64,000 bases of DNA from an uncultured Candidatus Saccharibacteria bacterium (lineage in GTDB: Bacteria; Patescibacteriota; Minisyncoccia; Phycocordibacterales; UBA2100), in NCBI GenBank assembly GCA_964362175.1, contig CAYIDD010000005.1, positions 44 to 64,043 on the forward strand. The letters run 5' to 3'. This document shows, piece by piece, positions 18,845 through 29,255 of the stretch. The notes below the pieces were generated by a model. The model saw nothing but the letters and a program-made list of their open reading frames with translations. It had not been told where the DNA came from and made no database searches. The position numbers and the translations under genes are program-made. Every line of letters begins with the position of its first letter. The first letter of the stretch is position 1.

Positions 18845-19450
18845 GTGACAAAAAGGAACATAATACCGTACCGACGGGCCAATAGGCCGGATGAAGTGTT
18901 GGCCAAAGGATTCGGGAAGTCGCTCGTGAAGCGATACTTCGTGAATCCCGATACCAATCAGGTGGAAGAGCACTTCCACATCGAGCAAAAACCCTGGTCC
19001 GTGGTTCTGGCCGTGACGGACGACAGGGAGGTGCTCGTCGTTCGGCAGTTCAAGCAGGGGGCGGAGAAAATCCTCGACGAACTCCCGGCGGGAACCGCGG
19101 ATTGGGCGGACGAGAGTCCGATCCAAGTCATGTCGCGCGAGCTCAGGCAGGAGACTGGATATGAGGCGGGCATTGTTGAACCGCTCGCGCCGCAATGGAT
19201 GTCGACGCGCAACTCGCGAACGCGTTTTTACCCGTTCCTTGCGTTGGGTTGCAGGAAAGTGGGGGAGGCGGTTTGGGACACGCAGGAGCAGATCGAGCCG
19301 CGGGCGGTCGAGCTCGAAGTGTGGCTGCGTATGGTCTTCCTCGGTCAGGTAGAAGAGCCAAGTGCCATTGTGGCCACCATGCTTTCACTCCCTGCCTTAC
19401 TTAAGGCGGGAGTCCTCGACCCCGAGGATGTGGCGCGGGCTGCGGGCTGA
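18845..19450 (+). CDS. NUDIX hydrolase
   Basis: Nudix box ELPAGTADWADESPIQVMSRELRQETGY (GX5EX7REUXEEXGU). GTG start is likely. Confidence 0.75.
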   Translation: MTKRNIIPYRRANRPDEVLAKGFGKSLVKRYFVNPDTNQVEEHFHIEQKPWSVVLAVTDDREVLVVRQFKQGAEKILDELPAGTADWADESPIQVMSRELRQETGYEAGIVEPLAPQWMSTRNSRTRFYPFLALGCRKVGEAVWDTQEQIEPRAVELEVWLRMVFLGQVEEPSAIVATMLSLPALLKAGVLDPEDVARAAG

Positions 19451-19536
19451 TGCCCCCCGCAAGCAACGATCCCCCTGCAGCCATGCTGCCGGGGGTTTTC
19501 TACAAAACAATTTAAGTTAAGACCCCTGCACTCATT

Positions 19537-20760
19537 TTACGCGTGCGCTTCCGCGCGGCCGCCGATGCGGCGGCGCTTGAGGTAATTGGGAAGTTCGGGA
19601 AGAGGGATCGCATCCTGCGAGTTGGTCGCAACTTCGCGTACGAGGATGGTGCCTTCCATTGCCTCTTTGTGGCCCATGATGAGGATGTAGGGGACCGCGA
19701 GTTCTCGCGCTGCCGTCATTTGCTCGCCGATGCGTTCGTGCCAGAGTCCCTGATGCACGTCGATAGCCGCGCGCCGCAAATTTTCCAGTACCGAAAGCGC
19801 GCGCCTGCGAGCCTCAGACCCCAAATGTGCAAAGTAGATGGCGGGTTGTGCTTCTCCGCGCGGCACTTTCATTTCGCGCCTCATGCTCGTCTTTCCGCGC
19901 ACTTCGCAGGTGATGGAGACCATCGCGGCGGAAGCGGGCGTGCGCGCGAAGCGGCTTGCGAGCGGATCGTAGCGTCCCCCGAACGCGACGGGGACGCGTG
20001 CGCCGCTTTCTGCGTCCGGTGTTGATATTTCGAACAGAGAATGCGACCAGCAATCGCGACTTCCAAGGATGTGCGCGTTCAATTCATACGGCAGACCGAA
20101 CATTTCGAGGTACTCGAGCAGTTCCCAGAATCTGCGGCGTTCTTCCTCGGTGAGATATTCCATGGCCTGTGGCGCGCGCGATGTCGCCGGATGTCCGCGT
20201 TCGATGAGCTGCACCAAGGTGCCCAGGGGGTCGGTGGCCGCGCGCGGTCGGAGCGTGGGCGAGATCGATTCGATGTGCTTGCGCAAATACAGTCCGATGT
20301 CGCGCACGTATCGATTCGACGAATCCGGTGAGCCGAAATTATTGACCGCAAGTATGCGCTCTTTGACACCCGATTCTTCCGTGATCGCGTTTGCAACGAT
20401 GATGAGGAGTGCCTCGGCGATAGCATTGGAAGGACCGACGATGTGCAGTTCGAGTGACATTGAAGGAATGGCCGACGTATTGCCCACGATCCGCCATGCG
20501 AGCAGCGCGCCATCTTTCTGCGCGAGGGTGAGGCACTTGCGCGCGGAAGACATGAGCGCGCGCTCGTCGCGCCGCGCGAACGAGATCTCGGACTCGATCT
20601 CCGAAAGTGATCTGATGGGTTGTCGCGCGACCCCATTCATCATTGCGGCGGCGCGCGGGATATTACCAAGGGAGGAGAATCCGTAATATTCCGCGATCCG
20701 AACTGCCGAATCGAGAAATGCCGCAGTGTTCGGATGTTGGGTATCTTTGAGGCGAAGCAT
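19537..20760 (-). CDS. histidyl-tRNA synthetase-like class II protein (HisS/HisZ family); motif 2 appears degenerate
   Basis: 407 aa. Class II motif 3 AFGGRYDPL. C-terminal anticodon-binding-like domain YILIMGHKEAMEGTILVREV. The canonical motif-2 FRYERPQ was not found. Confidence 0.5.
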   Translation of the reverse strand: MLRLKDTQHPNTAAFLDSAVRIAEYYGFSSLGNIPRAAAMMNGVARQPIRSLSEIESEISFARRDERALMSSARKCLTLAQKDGALLAWRIVGNTSAIPSMSLELHIVGPSNAIAEALLIIVANAITEESGVKERILAVNNFGSPDSSNRYVRDIGLYLRKHIESISPTLRPRAATDPLGTLVQLIERGHPATSRAPQAMEYLTEEERRRFWELLEYLEMFGLPYELNAHILGSRDCWSHSLFEISTPDAESGARVPVAFGGRYDPLASRFARTPASAAMVSITCEVRGKTSMRREMKVPRGEAQPAIYFAHLGSEARRRALSVLENLRRAAIDVHQGLWHERIGEQMTAARELAVPYILIMGHKEAMEGTILVREVATNSQDAIPLPELPNYLKRRRIGGRAEAHA

Positions 20761-20766
20761 ACAGGC

Positions 20767-21420
20767 TCAATTACCTGCGGGAGTCGCAGTATCGGTGTAT
20801 CGAGAGCGGGACGGGAGAACATCAATGTCGTTGAACGGATACAGACGCAGGAGCACTTGTCCCACGATGTCTTCGCGCGGCAGCGTTCCCCAGATGCGGG
20901 AGTCCGAAGAGACACGGCGGTTGTCTCCGAGCACGAAATATCGATCCGGTTCGAGCGTGATCTTCATCTCGGTAATTCCTCCCATGTTTGTTTGCTCGAG
21001 ATATGGTTCCGAGATCACGAATCCTTCCGGATGCTCGGCGTTCTGTACCGTGACGGTGTTATCGGAAAGCACAATAGTTTCCCCCGGAAGTCCGATGACC
21101 CTCTTAATGAGTGCGCGCTTTGTGCCCGGTTGGTTAAAAATGACAACATCACCGCGTTCAGGCCCCCCAAAGTCGTATGAGACCCTGTCGACAATCAAGT
21201 ATTCCCAATCTTTGAAGTTTGGTTCCATAGATTGGCCCGAAACCACATACGGAGCGGCGATAAAGAAGCGAATGAAGAGTGCGAGACCGAGTGCCACCAC
21301 TGTGTAGCCCAAAAGAGATCCTTGCCCCCGTGCGTTGACAGACGGGTAGCCGTTGGGAATGGGTGAGGAATCGTTTTTCATATCCGGTGATGAATCATTT
21401 TGCATCACAGGATCAGGCAT
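20767..21420 (-). CDS. lepB: signal peptidase I
   Basis: SGQSMEPNF (Ser box), KRVIGLPGE (Lys box) and GDNRRVSSDSR motifs. Confidence 0.85.
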   Translation of the reverse strand: MPDPVMQNDSSPDMKNDSSPIPNGYPSVNARGQGSLLGYTVVALGLALFIRFFIAAPYVVSGQSMEPNFKDWEYLIVDRVSYDFGGPERGDVVIFNQPGTKRALIKRVIGLPGETIVLSDNTVTVQNAEHPEGFVISEPYLEQTNMGGITEMKITLEPDRYFVLGDNRRVSSDSRIWGTLPREDIVGQVLLRLYPFNDIDVLPSRSRYTDTATPAGN

Positions 21421-21439
21421 GTGCGATATTCTAACGCTC

Positions 21440-21574
21440 GCGTGGCATTGACACCAAGTGTTTGGGATGTTGCATGTAATTTTTTTGCAGATGAAAAAAT
21501 TTTATGACACATTTTTTATTTTTTTCGCACCAAGTACATATTCATTATAAAATACGCTATACTGTAGCTCTCAT
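21440..21574. promoter_or_regulatory. AT-rich divergent promoter region between lepB and pth
   Basis: ttgaca at 21448-21453. tatact at 21558-21563, 11 nt upstream of the pth ATG. Sharply lower GC than the flanks. Confidence 0.3.
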
Positions 21575-22165
21575 ATGGCGTGGATAATTATCGGCTTGGG
21601 GAATCCGGGGGAGGAATATGACGCAACACGACACAACACGGGACGTATGGCGCTCGAATATTTTGCAAAACAGCTGAAATTCGGTGAATGGAAGGAGGAT
21701 ACAAAGGCAAAAGCGCGTGTAGCAGCGGGAATGATAGGCAAAACAGCGGTTGCACTCGTTGCACCCGACACATTTATGAATAAATCCGGTACGGCGGTGG
21801 TAAAATTCGTTAAAAGCCAGAAAGCCGCAGAGCGCATGATCGTTCTCTACGACGACCTCGATCTTCCGCTCGGCTCCCTGAAACTCTCATTCAACAGGGG
21901 AAGCGGGGGACATCGGGGTGTGGAGTCGATCATGAAAGCAGTGAAAACGAAAAAGTTCACACGCGTACGCATCGGCGTATCTCCCGCCACTTCAGCGGGT
22001 ATCGTAAAGAAGCCTTCGGGGGAAAAAGAGGTCGTCAGTTTCATTCTTACAAAATTTAGATCAGCCGAACTCGCTGAGCTCAAGCCTGTGCTGAAGCGCG
22101 TTGCAGAGGCGCTGCAAATGATCGTCACTGATGGCCCCGAACGCGCGATGAATCAATTCAACTGA
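21575..22165 (+). CDS. pth: peptidyl-tRNA hydrolase
   Basis: IIGLGNPGEEYDATRHNTG N-terminal signature. Confidence 0.9.
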   Translation: MAWIIIGLGNPGEEYDATRHNTGRMALEYFAKQLKFGEWKEDTKAKARVAAGMIGKTAVALVAPDTFMNKSGTAVVKFVKSQKAAERMIVLYDDLDLPLGSLKLSFNRGSGGHRGVESIMKAVKTKKFTRVRIGVSPATSAGIVKKPSGEKEVVSFILTKFRSAELAELKPVLKRVAEALQMIVTDGPERAMNQFN

Positions 22166-22216
22166 CAACAGAGGACCCATTCGCGGTGTCTTTTCCACTC
22201 CGCTCGTATAATGCGA

Positions 22217-22254
22217 TGTTGTTTATTTTAAACTATAGCGTTTTGCAAACAACA
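22217..22254. promoter_or_regulatory. 38-bp imperfect palindrome (TGTTGTTT-N8-CTATAGC-N8-AAACAACA), upstream operator-like site for the PaaX-like regulator
   Basis: Inverted arms tgttgttt / aaacaaca around central ctatagc. Overlaps a tataat-like box at 22207-22212. 18 bp upstream of the regulator start. Second copy at 22864-22901. Confidence 0.4.
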
Positions 22255-22271
22255 CGATACGATAATTAGAT

Positions 22272-22862
22272 ATGGGACGAATGGAAACGGAGTCCAAAAA
22301 AAGAGCAAAACGCGTGAACATCGAAAACATTGTTCTCGGCACACTTTCTATCGTTGGCGTTGCAGCTCTCGCCATGGCTGCGCCGAATGCCCTCCAGCTT
22401 CTCAAGCACGTTGATCCCGACTGGGTAAGTAAACGAGATCCGAGACGTAGGTTGCGCGAGACAATATCCCGTATGAAGCGCAAAGGACTCGTCGAGTTCA
22501 AGATGCATAATGGCAGAAATCTTCCGCGCCTCACAAAGAAAGGGGAGGACGAGGCGCGTCGCGTCGCACTCGGAGAAACTATCATCAAAAAACCACTTCG
22601 CTGGGACCGGAAATGGCGCATCGTGATTTTTGACATCCCCGAGAAACGGAAGGGTTTGCGCGAACGCGTGCGCAAACTCGTTTCAAACATGGGATTCTTC
22701 CGGCTCCAAGATAGCGTGTGGGTTTTTCCCTATGATTGCGAAGAGATCGTGGCACTTTTGAAACTCGATTTGAAAATCGGACGTGAACTCATCTATATCA
22801 TTGCCGACGCGATCGAATTCGATACACCACTGCGTCAACACTTCAAACTACCTCTGGACTAA
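22272..22862 (+). CDS. PaaX-family-like transcriptional regulator (wHTH N-terminus + Cas2-like C-terminal domain)
   Basis: 196 aa. C-terminal WRIVIFDIPEKRKGLRERVRKLVSNMGFFRLQDSVWVF matches the Cas2/PaaX-C fold pattern. No CRISPR array nearby. Confidence 0.5.
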   Translation: MGRMETESKKRAKRVNIENIVLGTLSIVGVAALAMAAPNALQLLKHVDPDWVSKRDPRRRLRETISRMKRKGLVEFKMHNGRNLPRLTKKGEDEARRVALGETIIKKPLRWDRKWRIVIFDIPEKRKGLRERVRKLVSNMGFFRLQDSVWVFPYDCEEIVALLKLDLKIGRELIYIIADAIEFDTPLRQHFKLPLD

Positions 22863-22863
22863 A

Positions 22864-22901
22864 TGTTGTTTGTTTCAAGCTATAGCAATTTATAGACAAC
22901 A
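22864..22901. promoter_or_regulatory. second copy of the 38-bp palindrome, 2 bp downstream of the regulator stop
   Basis: tgttgtttgtttcaagctatagcaatttatagacaaca. Shares the tgttgttt...ctatagc...acaaca pattern with 22217-22254. Confidence 0.4.
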
Positions 22902-23193
22902 CTCTGTAATGGGCACAAAACGAAGGGGCCCTTTCCCAAGGGGCCCTGTTGGAGGAGTTTGGTTGCTCACAGCGAGCAACGGTGGCGTCAGCCAAGCTTA
23001 CGCCCGCCCGACGTGTTCGCGAGGGACTCTCGTCCCTGTGCGCCGCGTGCTCAGACGGCCGTGATGTTGTAGGCAGCCGCGATCGCGAACATCGACGACG
23101 ATGTCGTTCTCAAGGGAATACCCTCCTTCCGCGCCTTCGACCGGAAGCTTTCCGGTGGCGCTACCGCAATTGTACCTCGCTACAAATCGTTTA

Positions 23194-24315
23194 CTAGGCG
23201 ATGGGCTTCAGAGTCATTCGACGATCTTTGGGCTCGAAGAAGGTGATGGTGAACGGATATACTTTGCCGAGTTCGAGTTTGGCACGCAGATCTTCTTCGC
23301 TGGCGAATTCTGAGATGTGCACCAGACCGGCGACGCCCTCTTCAATGGACGCAAGCGCGCCATGCTTGTTGTACTTGATGACAACGGCGTCCACCTTCTG
23401 ATCCTTTTTGTATTTGGCTGCGGCAGCTTTCCATGGATCTTCGAGCAGTGCCTTGATGGAGAGCGAGATCTTGTCGTCCTTGATCTCGATCACTTTCACT
23501 TTGACAGGCTCGCCCACTTTGTAGCGGGTCTTCGGGTTCTCAACGAGCGCCCAATCCATTTCGGAAATGTGCACGAGACCTTCGAGACCTTCTTCAAGCT
23601 TCACGAATATACCGAATTCAGTCGCGCCGGTGACGATACCATTGAGCGCATCGCCCACATGGTACTTCTCGACGAGTGAGGCGCGTTCGGTAACACCTGC
23701 GCCGCGCTCGCTGAAAATGAGTTTCTGTTCTTTCGGACTCGCGGTAATGATCATGACCTCGAATTTCTGACCGACCATTCTCTTGAGTTCGGCGAATATC
23801 TTTTCTTTGTCGCCGTCAGGAACGCGCGGGTAATGCGCGGAGGAAAGCTGCGATGCCGGCAGAAATCCAGCGAGGCCGTTCCAGTTGATAATGAGGCCGC
23901 CCTTGTTGGCATCGGTAACAGGCAACTCAAACACGGTCTTCTTCTGTACCGCTTGCTCGGCTTCGTTCCAAATAACCGCCTGACGCGCTTCGCGCAGAGA
24001 AAGCTCTATGTATCCTTCAGCGTTGTCGGAACCGACGACCTTTGCGGTCACGATGTCCCCGATATTCACGTTTTTGAGCGCTTCGCGTGCCGAGAGATAT
24101 TCGCGGCCGTAAATGATACCGGTCCCGTATGGAGCGAGGTCGATGAACACGCGTGCGCGACCAATCGCGACCACGGGTCCTTCCACAACGTCATCCTGCA
24201 CGGGCGGGTTGCCCGATTTTTCGAGCAGTTCAGCCATTGGTCCGTGCTTTTCGGGTACCACCTCTTCAATTTCTTCACCCACGAGGATCTTTTGCTCCTC
24301 AGTTTCTTTAACCAT
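23194..24315 (-). CDS. rpsA: 30S ribosomal protein S1
   Basis: 373 aa. Four repeated S1 (OB-fold) domains (GDIVTAKVVG..., GDALNGIVTG..., GEPVKVKVIE...). Confidence 0.85.
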   Translation of the reverse strand: MVKETEEQKILVGEEIEEVVPEKHGPMAELLEKSGNPPVQDDVVEGPVVAIGRARVFIDLAPYGTGIIYGREYLSAREALKNVNIGDIVTAKVVGSDNAEGYIELSLREARQAVIWNEAEQAVQKKTVFELPVTDANKGGLIINWNGLAGFLPASQLSSAHYPRVPDGDKEKIFAELKRMVGQKFEVMIITASPKEQKLIFSERGAGVTERASLVEKYHVGDALNGIVTGATEFGIFVKLEEGLEGLVHISEMDWALVENPKTRYKVGEPVKVKVIEIKDDKISLSIKALLEDPWKAAAAKYKKDQKVDAVVIKYNKHGALASIEEGVAGLVHISEFASEEDLRAKLELGKVYPFTITFFEPKDRRMTLKPIA

Positions 24316-24531
24316 TGTGATGTGACGTTCGGACTATCCTGCTTGCGCTACCGTTCCAGTCTGCAGGGAAGTCTTACCGAACGCTTCTATTAATTAATAA
24401 TCGCCCCTTAGGGCGTGCGTCCAATATACACCAACAGGATAAAAAAGAAAGGGGCCTATGCATCTGGACGGAAAAAGAAATCCCCGGCGGACAAGAGCCG
24501 CCGGAGATACGTTGCGAGGCGTCGGTGCCGA

Positions 24532-24915
24532 TTATGCGCGCGCGGCGCAGACGTGAGTGCCGCCTCGATGCCACAGCGATACACCGAGGAAACGGCGCTG
24601 GCTCCATGTGCACGCTACCTTGGTGCCGACCTTGAGGCCTGCCAGATCGCCGCCGCCGACCACCCGGACCATTGAGGTGTGTACGCCCCTGCGGAAGACG
24701 TTCTTGCCGCATTTGACGAGTTGACCGGCGTTGATGGCGCACAGGCCGGTTTTGGCCCGGGCTTTGTAGGTCGAGCCCGCCCAGAGCACTACGGCCGCCG
24801 CGAGCACGATGGTGACGAGAGTACTCGGTTTCAAGGTTCTCTCCCTTGGTTGTGTCAGCGAACAGCTCGCTGACTGATCTAAACTATACCTCCCACATCT
24901 TTTTTTAAAAGACAC
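24532..24915 (-). CDS. hypothetical secreted/membrane-anchored protein
   Basis: 127 aa. Hydrophobic N-terminal segment TLVTIVLAAAVVLWAG. No motif recognised. GC-rich region, so partly uncertain. Confidence 0.3.
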   Translation of the reverse strand: MSFKKRCGRYSLDQSASCSLTQPRERTLKPSTLVTIVLAAAVVLWAGSTYKARAKTGLCAINAGQLVKCGKNVFRRGVHTSMVRVVGGGDLAGLKVGTKVACTWSQRRFLGVSLWHRGGTHVCAARA

Positions 24916-24936
24916 TACGAGGTATAATCAGCCCCC

Positions 24937-25587
24937 ATGATCCTCACATTCCACGAAGGTGCGTGCGTGCGGGCACAAGCAGGAGACACCACGCTCGTCT
25001 TCGGGCCGGTCTCGAAAGATTCAAAGAATTTCAAGCCGACGAACTTCGGCGCTGATGTCGCGCTCATTTCTTTCAACCACTCCGACATGAACGGCAGCGA
25101 TGAGGCGGGGCGGGGAGATAAACAACCGTTCGTGATCTCCGGTCCCGGCGAGTATGAAATAAAAGAGACCACCGTGGCGGGTTTTGCGACCGGTTCCACG
25201 TATGGAAACGACCCGCGTATCAACACCGTCTATTCCGTTTTGTTCGATGGCATGTCCATCCTCTATCTCGGAGCGCTCGGTGATCTCGATCTGCCGGGGG
25301 ACGTACTTGAAATGGACCCGCCGGATGTACTCATCGTTCCAATCGGGGGAAACGGCACGCTGAATCCTGCCGAGGCTCAAAAGCTTGCAGTGAAGCTCGA
25401 AGCAAAAATAGTGATACCGATCCTGTACGACCTGCCTCGCGATTCTGCAGGCAAGGCGGGCGAGAAAACCCTCAAGCAATTTTTGAAGGAAGCGGGAGAG
25501 GAAGACTCAAAGCCCGTCGACAAGCTCACCATCAAGCCGCGCGACCTCGTGGGGAAAGAGAACGATGTCGTCGTGCTGTCAGCGTAG
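24937..25587 (+). CDS. MBL-fold metallo-hydrolase (UPF0173/UlaG-like)
   Basis: 216 aa. Beta-lactamase-fold pattern with HSDMNGSDE, LYLGALGD and PIGGNGTLNPAEA. Confidence 0.65.
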   Translation: MILTFHEGACVRAQAGDTTLVFGPVSKDSKNFKPTNFGADVALISFNHSDMNGSDEAGRGDKQPFVISGPGEYEIKETTVAGFATGSTYGNDPRINTVYSVLFDGMSILYLGALGDLDLPGDVLEMDPPDVLIVPIGGNGTLNPAEAQKLAVKLEAKIVIPILYDLPRDSAGKAGEKTLKQFLKEAGEEDSKPVDKLTIKPRDLVGKENDVVVLSA

Positions 25588-25599
25588 TACAATGGTGTG

Positions 25600-25971
25600 A
25601 TGGCAGTGCAGAAAACTTTAGACAATCTCAAGCAGGGTCCTAAAGAGGACAAGGTCGCGGTCGCAGGCGGGATCGCAATTACGGTGGTAGTAGTACTCCT
25701 CGTCGCATGGGGGATCCTGTTTTTCAGAAGCATTCAAAAGGGTTCCACATCGGTCGATCTTTCTGGCGGGGCGCAGGATGAGTTCAATTTTACGAGCGTA
25801 AAAGAGGCGCAACAAAAATTGCAGGAAACATTCTCAAATACGACCGAAGAACTTCGCCAGATACGCGACGATGCCGCAGCTACCCAAATGCAATTTCAGC
25901 AGCAGGCAGATGTGCAGGAAATGCAGGGGGACGGTACGAGTCAGTTTGATCCGGGCGCGAGTACGAATTAA
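25600..25971 (+). CDS. hypothetical membrane-anchored protein with Gln-rich coiled-coil tail
   Basis: N-terminal TM GGIAITVVVVLLVAWGILFF, then a polar helical region. Confidence 0.4.
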   Translation: MAVQKTLDNLKQGPKEDKVAVAGGIAITVVVVLLVAWGILFFRSIQKGSTSVDLSGGAQDEFNFTSVKEAQQKLQETFSNTTEELRQIRDDAAATQMQFQQQADVQEMQGDGTSQFDPGASTN

Positions 25972-26065
25972 TACAAAGACTAGTCGAGACGATATAATGA
26001 AAGGCAGGATTTGTCAATTTTTTACGGTATTTTTCGCTGGCGTTCCGGTCGATTTTCTGATATAA

Positions 26066-28567
26066 TTGCCGGACATGGCACGCGAAAAAGATGAGCAGGC
26101 GGAGTCGCCCAAAGCACGACCCGAAGGGGTCGTATCGCGTAGTATTTCGACCGAAATGCGCGAGTCGTACCTCGACTACGCGATGTCCGTCATCACCGCG
26201 CGCGCGCTTCCGGATGTGCGCGATGGGCTCAAGCCCGTGCACCGACGCATTCTGTACGCGATGCAGGAGGCGGGCCTCACCGTTTCCGCGAAGACCCGCA
26301 AGTCGGCGACGGTCGTCGGCGATGTGTTGGGAAAATATCATCCGCACGGAGATGTCTCCGTATACGACGCGATGGTAAAGATGGCGCAGGATTTTTCGAT
26401 GCGATACCCCCTGATCATCGGCCAAGGCAACTTCGGTTCGATCGACGGAGACGGTGCCGCAGCGTACCGATATACGGAGGCAAAAATGTCGCGACTCGCG
26501 GGTGAAATAATGCGTGACATCGAGAAAGAGACCGTTGCGTTCACGCCGAACTATGACAACACGAAGACCGAGCCATCGGTCCTGCCTGCCGCAACACCGA
26601 ACCTGCTTTTGAATGGAACCCTCGGTATCGCGGTCGGTATGGCGACCAACATCCCGCCGCACAATCTGCGCGAAGTCTGCGGCGCGGCGATCCACCTCAT
26701 AGAAAATCCTGATGCGACGACCGACGATCTTTTGCAATTCGTACAGGGGCCTGATTTCCCGACCGGCTGCATCGCGTTCAACCAGAAGGACATTGCCCAC
26801 GCGTACGCGACAGGTCGTGGTGGTGTCGTGGTGCGCGGCAACGCTGAGATCGTAGAGGGGAAGAAGGGCGACTACCAGATCGTCATCACTTCGATCCCGT
26901 TCCGCGTCAATAAGGCCGATCTTCTCACCAAAATAGCGGATCTGGTGCACGAGAAAAAACTTGAAGGTATCCGCGACATCCGCGATGAATCCACCAAGGA
27001 CATCCGCGTCGTGATCGAGCTCAAAAATAATGCGAACGCGCAGACCGTGCTCAACTATCTCTACAAGCACACGCAGATCGAGGAGACGTTCCATTATAAT
27101 GTCGTGGCGCTCGTGGACGGCGTGCCGCAGACACTTTCACTCAAGGCGCTCCTCGAATACTACGTGGCGCATCGCAAGGATGTGGTCACCAAGCGCACAC
27201 GTTATGACCTCAAGGTCGCGCAGGCGCGCGAACATATTTTGCTCGGACTCAAAAAGGCTCTCGACCACATCGACGAGATCATCAAGCTCATAAAGAAAAG
27301 CAAGGATGTTGACGAGGCGCGTTCGGGATTGGTGAAGGTTTTCAAGTTTTCGGACATTCAGGCGCAGGCGATCCTCGACATGCGCCTGCAGAAGCTGGCC
27401 GGACTTGAGCGCAAGAAGATCGAAGATGAATTGAAGGCGGTGCAAGCCCTCATCGAGGAGCTTACGGCGCTCTTGGGAAGCGAGAAGAAATTGATGGATC
27501 TCATCAAAAAAGAGATCCGTGAAATTATCGAGAAGTACGGGGATGATAGGCGCACAAAGATAGTGAAGCGGGGAGCCACCATCCTCTCCGCCGAAGACCT
27601 CATCGCCGACGAGGATTCCGTCCTCGTCCTCACGCAAGGCGGCTACATCAAGCGCACGAATCCGGCCGAGTACCGCAGGCAAAAGCGCGGCGGTGTCGGG
27701 GTTGTGGACCTCGATACGAAAGAGGAGGATTTCGTCACGCAATTTTTGACCGCGAGCGCGCACAGCGACCTTCTCTTCTTCTCTGATCGCGGCAAGGTGT
27801 ACCAATTGAAAATGTATGATCTGCCGGAGGGAAAACGTGCGACTAAAGGCAAGTCCATCATGAACTTCATTTCCCTCGAGCAGGGCGAGCAGATCACCTC
27901 CATTCTTGCCATGCCAAAAGAGAAGAAGGCCGTTGAAGGACTCTCCCTCCTCATGGCGACGCGGGGCGGCACCGTGAAGCGCGTCGCAGCCTCGCAATTT
28001 TATGAGGTCCGTCGAAGCGGTCTCATTGCTATCGGCCTCGACAGGGGCGACGCGCTCATTTCGGCGCAGTTCGTGTATACAGGTGATGATGCGGTCCTCG
28101 TAACTTCAAAGGGGCAGGCGATACGATTTGCCGCCAAAGCGGTGCGTGAAATGGGGCGCCAAGCGGCCGGAGTGCGCGGCATGAAGCTTCGCAGCGGGGA
28201 TTCCATCGTGGGTGCCGGTGTCGTTCCCAAGGGAGCAAAAGATGCGGAGCTCCTCGTGCTTTCATCGACGGGCTACGGTAAAAAGACCAAACTTTCCGAA
28301 TACAAGACGCAGGGGCGCGGTGGTTCCGGTATCAAGACGATGTCCATCACGCCGAAAACGAAACAGCTCGTCGGAGGTGCTATCGTTTTTGCAAAGGGAG
28401 GCGAGCTTGTCGCAATGTCAAAAAAGAGCCAGACCATTCGCACCGGACTCGACGAGATCTCGACACTCAGTCGCGCGACTCAGGGCGTGCGGGTCATGAA
28501 AATGCGCGAAGGGGATTCCGTCGCATCATTCGTGGTGTTTGAATCAGTAGATTCGCCCACTGGGTGA
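26066..28567 (+). CDS. gyrA: DNA gyrase subunit A
   Basis: 833 aa. [29 protein letters not shown] active-site region. C-terminal beta-pinwheel repeats. Confidence 0.9.
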   Translation: MPDMAREKDEQAESPKARPEGVVSRSISTEMRESYLDYAMSVITARALPDVRDGLKPVHRRILYAMQEAGLTVSAKTRKSATVVGDVLGKYHPHGDVSVYDAMVKMAQDFSMRYPLIIGQGNFGSIDGDGAAAYRYTEAKMSRLAGEIMRDIEKETVAFTPNYDNTKTEPSVLPAATPNLLLNGTLGIAVGMATNIPPHNLREVCGAAIHLIENPDATTDDLLQFVQGPDFPTGCIAFNQKDIAHAYATGRGGVVVRGNAEIVEGKKGDYQIVITSIPFRVNKADLLTKIADLVHEKKLEGIRDIRDESTKDIRVVIELKNNANAQTVLNYLYKHTQIEETFHYNVVALVDGVPQTLSLKALLEYYVAHRKDVVTKRTRYDLKVAQAREHILLGLKKALDHIDEIIKLIKKSKDVDEARSGLVKVFKFSDIQAQAILDMRLQKLAGLERKKIEDELKAVQALIEELTALLGSEKKLMDLIKKEIREIIEKYGDDRRTKIVKRGATILSAEDLIADEDSVLVLTQGGYIKRTNPAEYRRQKRGGVGVVDLDTKEEDFVTQFLTASAHSDLLFFSDRGKVYQLKMYDLPEGKRATKGKSIMNFISLEQGEQITSILAMPKEKKAVEGLSLLMATRGGTVKRVAASQFYEVRRSGLIAIGLDRGDALISAQFVYTGDDAVLVTSKGQAIRFAAKAVREMGRQAAGVRGMKLRSGDSIVGAGVVPKGAKDAELLVLSSTGYGKKTKLSEYKTQGRGGSGIKTMSITPKTKQLVGGAIVFAKGGELVAMSKKSQTIRTGLDEISTLSRATQGVRVMKMREGDSVASFVVFESVDSPTG

Positions 28568-28643
28568 GGCTGATGCTGCCACCGAATAAGTTTCCCCATT
28601 TCTCCGGCGCGTGGAGCGCTTTGTGCCCCGCGCGCGGTATATA

Positions 28644-29255
28644 ATGTCAACGATGCAAGCACATACTCCGCTCGGGACGGCAGGGTTCGCACATCCGCGG
28701 CGCAATGTGGTGACGCTGGGCGTAGAACCGGGAATGTCGGTGGCTGATTTTGGTTCGGGGAGCGGGATCTATGTGCTCCATATCGCGGAGAACCTCCAAA
28801 ATTCCGGGCACGTGTACGCGATAGACGTGCAGCGCGATCTTTTGCGTCGCCTATTGAGCGAAGCGCAACGACGCGGCTTCAAGAATGTTCAAGTCATCTG
28901 GGCTGATCTTGAGCGGGAGGGTTCATCCAAACTCGCCGATGAGAAGCTCGACCTCGTGCTTATTTCGAATCTATTGTTTCAAGTTGAAAATAAACGGGCG
29001 GTTATATGCGAGGCGCGCCGGATCTTGAGCCCCCGCGGCAGACTCGCGATCGTGGATTGGTCGGAGTCGTTTGGCGGTATGGGACCGCAAAAACAAGATG
29101 TTGTCTCAAAGGAGAAAGTGCTCGCGCTCGCGCGTGAGGCGGGCTTCGGACTGCAACGCGAGTTTTCTGCGGGAGCGCATCATTACGGACTCATCTTTCG
29201 ACCCGTCTCGCCGGGGGCAAGCCGAGGCGGACCAGCCAGTCTCAAGAAGCTATGA
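28644..29255 (+). CDS. class I SAM-dependent methyltransferase
   Basis: Motif I VADFGSGSGIYVLHIAE. Start placed at MSTMQAHT within ORF 28611-29255. Confidence 0.6.
   Translation: MSTMQAHTPLGTAGFAHPRRNVVTLGVEPGMSVADFGSGSGIYVLHIAENLQNSGHVYAIDVQRDLLRRLLSEAQRRGFKNVQVIWADLEREGSSKLADEKLDLVLISNLLFQVENKRAVICEARRILSPRGRLAIVDWSESFGGMGPQKQDVVSKEKVLALAREAGFGLQREFSAGAHHYGLIFRPVSPGASRGGPASLKKL

Noticed and set aside
20069-20686. 205-aa (+) and 185-aa (-, alternate frame) ORFs
   Set aside because: They overlap the HisRS-like gene. Ser/Arg-rich. No motifs.
25880-27094. 404-aa ORF on the - strand
   Set aside because: It is antisense to gyrA, which has unambiguous gyrase motifs. Arg/Asp-rich low complexity. 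Shadow ORF.
27137-27997. 286-aa ORF on the - strand
   Set aside because: It is antisense to gyrA. No motifs. Shadow ORF.
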